Shown here: positions 61,849 to 64,000 of the stretch, one piece after another
How positions within the stretch are numbered: the stretch's first letter is position 1
Layout: the number at the start of each line of letters is the position of its first letter
Origin: Geosiphon pyriformis uo1
Lineage: Eukaryota > Fungi > Glomeromycota
Assembly: GCA_016748015.1 (NCBI GenBank)
Contig: JAAOMT010000276.1
Location: 62,001-126,000, forward strand
Direction: 5' to 3'
DNA length: 64,000 bases
The notes under the pieces: generated by a model
What the model saw: the letters and a program-made list of their open reading frames with translations, nothing else
What the model was told of the DNA's origin: nothing
The model's database searches: none
Made by a program: the position numbers and the translations under genes

Positions 61849-64000
61849 TTTGGTAGTTTGGATTGGTTTGCTGATTGGTTCCGGCGCGGTTTGGATTCCT
61901 CTGGACCAACGCGTTCTGGTTCTACATGGGCTGATTTCGGGCCTTGGGACACCAATTCGGATTGGCTATCATGGGCTGTTGCTGGTAAGCTCTTTGATTT
62001 TGATACGTGGTGGGATATTGGCGTGGTATTGGCGTGTACTGGTTTCTGGGCATTTGGGGTGGCGTGTAGTAATTATTTTCGCGTGCTTCCTGCATCATTC
62101 GCGTTCGACATTGACTAATCAAATGTCCTACGCGTTTGCAAAAATGGCAGGCGCATGTTTCTGTTCTGAATTCCTGGCATGACGAGCGATTATTTCGACT
62201 GTCGCTGACTTCCTGGCTGCGTCTTTGGGGTGGTTGGTATGTATTTTTTCTCGGATCCGGGATGAGATAACTTTCTATTTTCTTAGAGAGTTCCTCCCCT
62301 AATTGCGTTACTCTTTTCTCTAATGTTTCTGTCTTATTTTCCTCCATTACCATGTTAACCATTTGACTATAGTTAGCTTCTTTCTCAGCCGATTCAAGGG
62401 CTCTGGCGAGCGTAACGGCTTCTGGTAAGGAATTAGGGTGGGCAGGGCATACTCTTCCTAAAATGCTGCTTTTTAATCCTCTAATAAACTGATTTAAAAC
62501 CTGAGGATCAGTGTAGTATCCTTGTTCAATCGCTTCAATCTGACGGCGAATTCGATTAAATCGAGCAAGGTATTGGGTGACAGTTTCACCAGTATTTTGC
62601 TTGATAGTATTGAATTCATTCTGTAATTGGATTACGGCGTTTGGGTCGCTAAAATACTCCAGGAGTGCATTTTTAAATTCGGCGAAGCTCGTGGGTTTTG
62701 TTTCCAGGCTTTGATACCACGAGTCGGCTGTGCCTTTCAGGAAGAAAGGTAATGTTTGAATTGCTCTTTGGTCGTTCCAGTTATTTGCCTGGATGGCTTT
62801 TTGTGCTTCTCTGAGCCATGTGTGCACGTCTGTTTCTTCTTCCTCTTCTGAGAAATCTGTTAGTCTTGCAATGTATTGTGTGGTCATTTCGTTGCCATTT
62901 TCTGCTGGTGGGTTTATTGGTCTAAGAGGAGGTGGGATGATATTTCCTTGAGCGTTCCTAAAGGTGGCTTCCCTTATATCTGGTTCTTCCTCTTGATCAC
63001 GAGTTTCTTGGTTTCTGGACTGGCTGCTTGTTCCAGTGACTGGTCTTGTGATTGTTTTTTCGCTGGTCTCTTTTTCGGATTCTGATTCAGACTCCTCTTC
63101 ACGGTTTTCAAACCCCGTTCTAAATTTTGGCTGAAAAAGAGGGTTTTGGAATAGTGATGAATATCCTCCTGTAATTGGTATGTCTCNNNNNNNNNNNNNN
63201 NNNNNNNNNNNNNNNNNNNNNNNNNNNNNNNNNNNNNNNNNNNNNNNNNNNNNNNNNNNNNNNNNNNNNNNNNNNNNNNNNNNNNNNNNNNNNNNNNNNN
63301 NNNNNNNNNNNNNNNNNNNNNNNNNNNNNNNNNNNNNNNNNNNNNNNNNNNNNNNNNNNNNNNNNNNNNNNNNNNNNNNNNNNNNNNNNNNNNNNNNNNN
63401 NNNNNNNNNNNNNNNNNNNNNNNNNNNNNNNNNNNNNNNNNNNNNNNNNNNNNNNNNNNNNNNNNNNNNNNNNNNNNNNNNNNNNNNNNNNNNNNNNNNN
63501 NNNNNNNNNNNNNNNNNNNNNNNNNNNNTGTTGATGATGATGCAGCTCCTAATGGAATTTGTATCTTATTTTCTGGTGAAAAATGGTATGATTTATCTTC
63601 TGGTGAATAAATACGTTGTTTCTTTATTGATTGAGTGACAGTTTTCTTTGGCGTTTGAGCTGGTGTTCCTAGTTTTTGCTGGTTACTTTCCTGATTAGTT
63701 TCTAAATTTTCTTTGGTTTTGTTGGCGCGTTCCCTAGTGTTTCCTGTGGATATTGGAAAATTTTCGTTGGCGTATTGCTCAATTTCTCGATGGATTTTGA
63801 CAATAGTTGCGGCTATTACTGCTACTTCTTTTGTAGTGTATTGTGATAATTTTCTATACAATCCAAGTTTTGCGTCGTGTGGTTCTTCTTCCTTTCCTAT
63901 ATGATAATTTATTCTGGCGTTGATATAATAAGTGAGGGCAGATTTTGCTGGACAACACCCTTCTGGTAATCCAAGATCACTTTGATTTTGTGTGTAAATA
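61849..64000 (-). pseudogene. Element 5 gag (N-terminal domain, capsid, CCHC nucleocapsid)
   Basis: ORFs 62974..63861 and 61922..62887; WL....KAIQANNW, LKGTADSWY, QFIRGL, CX2CX4HX4C; in frame with downstream pol apart from one stop. Confidence 0.9.

Larger units (their letters stand above)
55512..64000 (-). mobile_element. Young Ty3/Gypsy element 5 (3' LTR from 55512; 5' end outside the window; assembly gaps)
   Basis: TGTTAC terminus after CCAT; gag with CHFCKRVGHLISQC, PR, ZnF, dUTPase, RT, RH, IN, ORF3; CpG largely retained. Confidence 0.94.

Noticed and set aside
58407-61909. Apparent novel order with dUTPase between RT and RNase H, and the 809-aa ORF
   Set aside because: Exact overlaps at the gap edges show scaffold misordering; the ORF runs through N gaps

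Overview
Eukaryotic, intron-rich fungal DNA. The TE proteins and AT-eroded repeats look Glomeromycota-like (possibly Geosiphon-type; this is recollection, not verified). A compact 16-kb island of seven host genes (about 28.9-44.8 kb) contains RNase H2 subunit C, 6-phosphofructo-2-kinase/FBPase-2, a TMEM128-like gene, a CCX cation/Ca exchanger, a Bdp1-like SANT protein, an At4g28440-like OB-fold protein and Sen54. Both flanks are deeply nested retroelement clusters: six Ty3/Gypsy copies or fragments, one solo LTR and three RNase H-bearing LINE copies or ghosts. They range from CpG-rich and nearly intact to almost pure A/T. The main discovery is a shared, unusual architecture across several diverged Gypsy families. 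ORF1 is Gag-protease-[multi-zinc-finger domain]-[dUTPase]-RT-RNase H and stops at the same codon after the RNase H ADxLSR motif. Integrase is a separate ORF2 with its own start codon. A conserved ~220-aa soluble ORF3 sits in the env position. TSDs are 4 bp, mostly NNAT. The right-hand element has assembly gaps and two swapped contigs.
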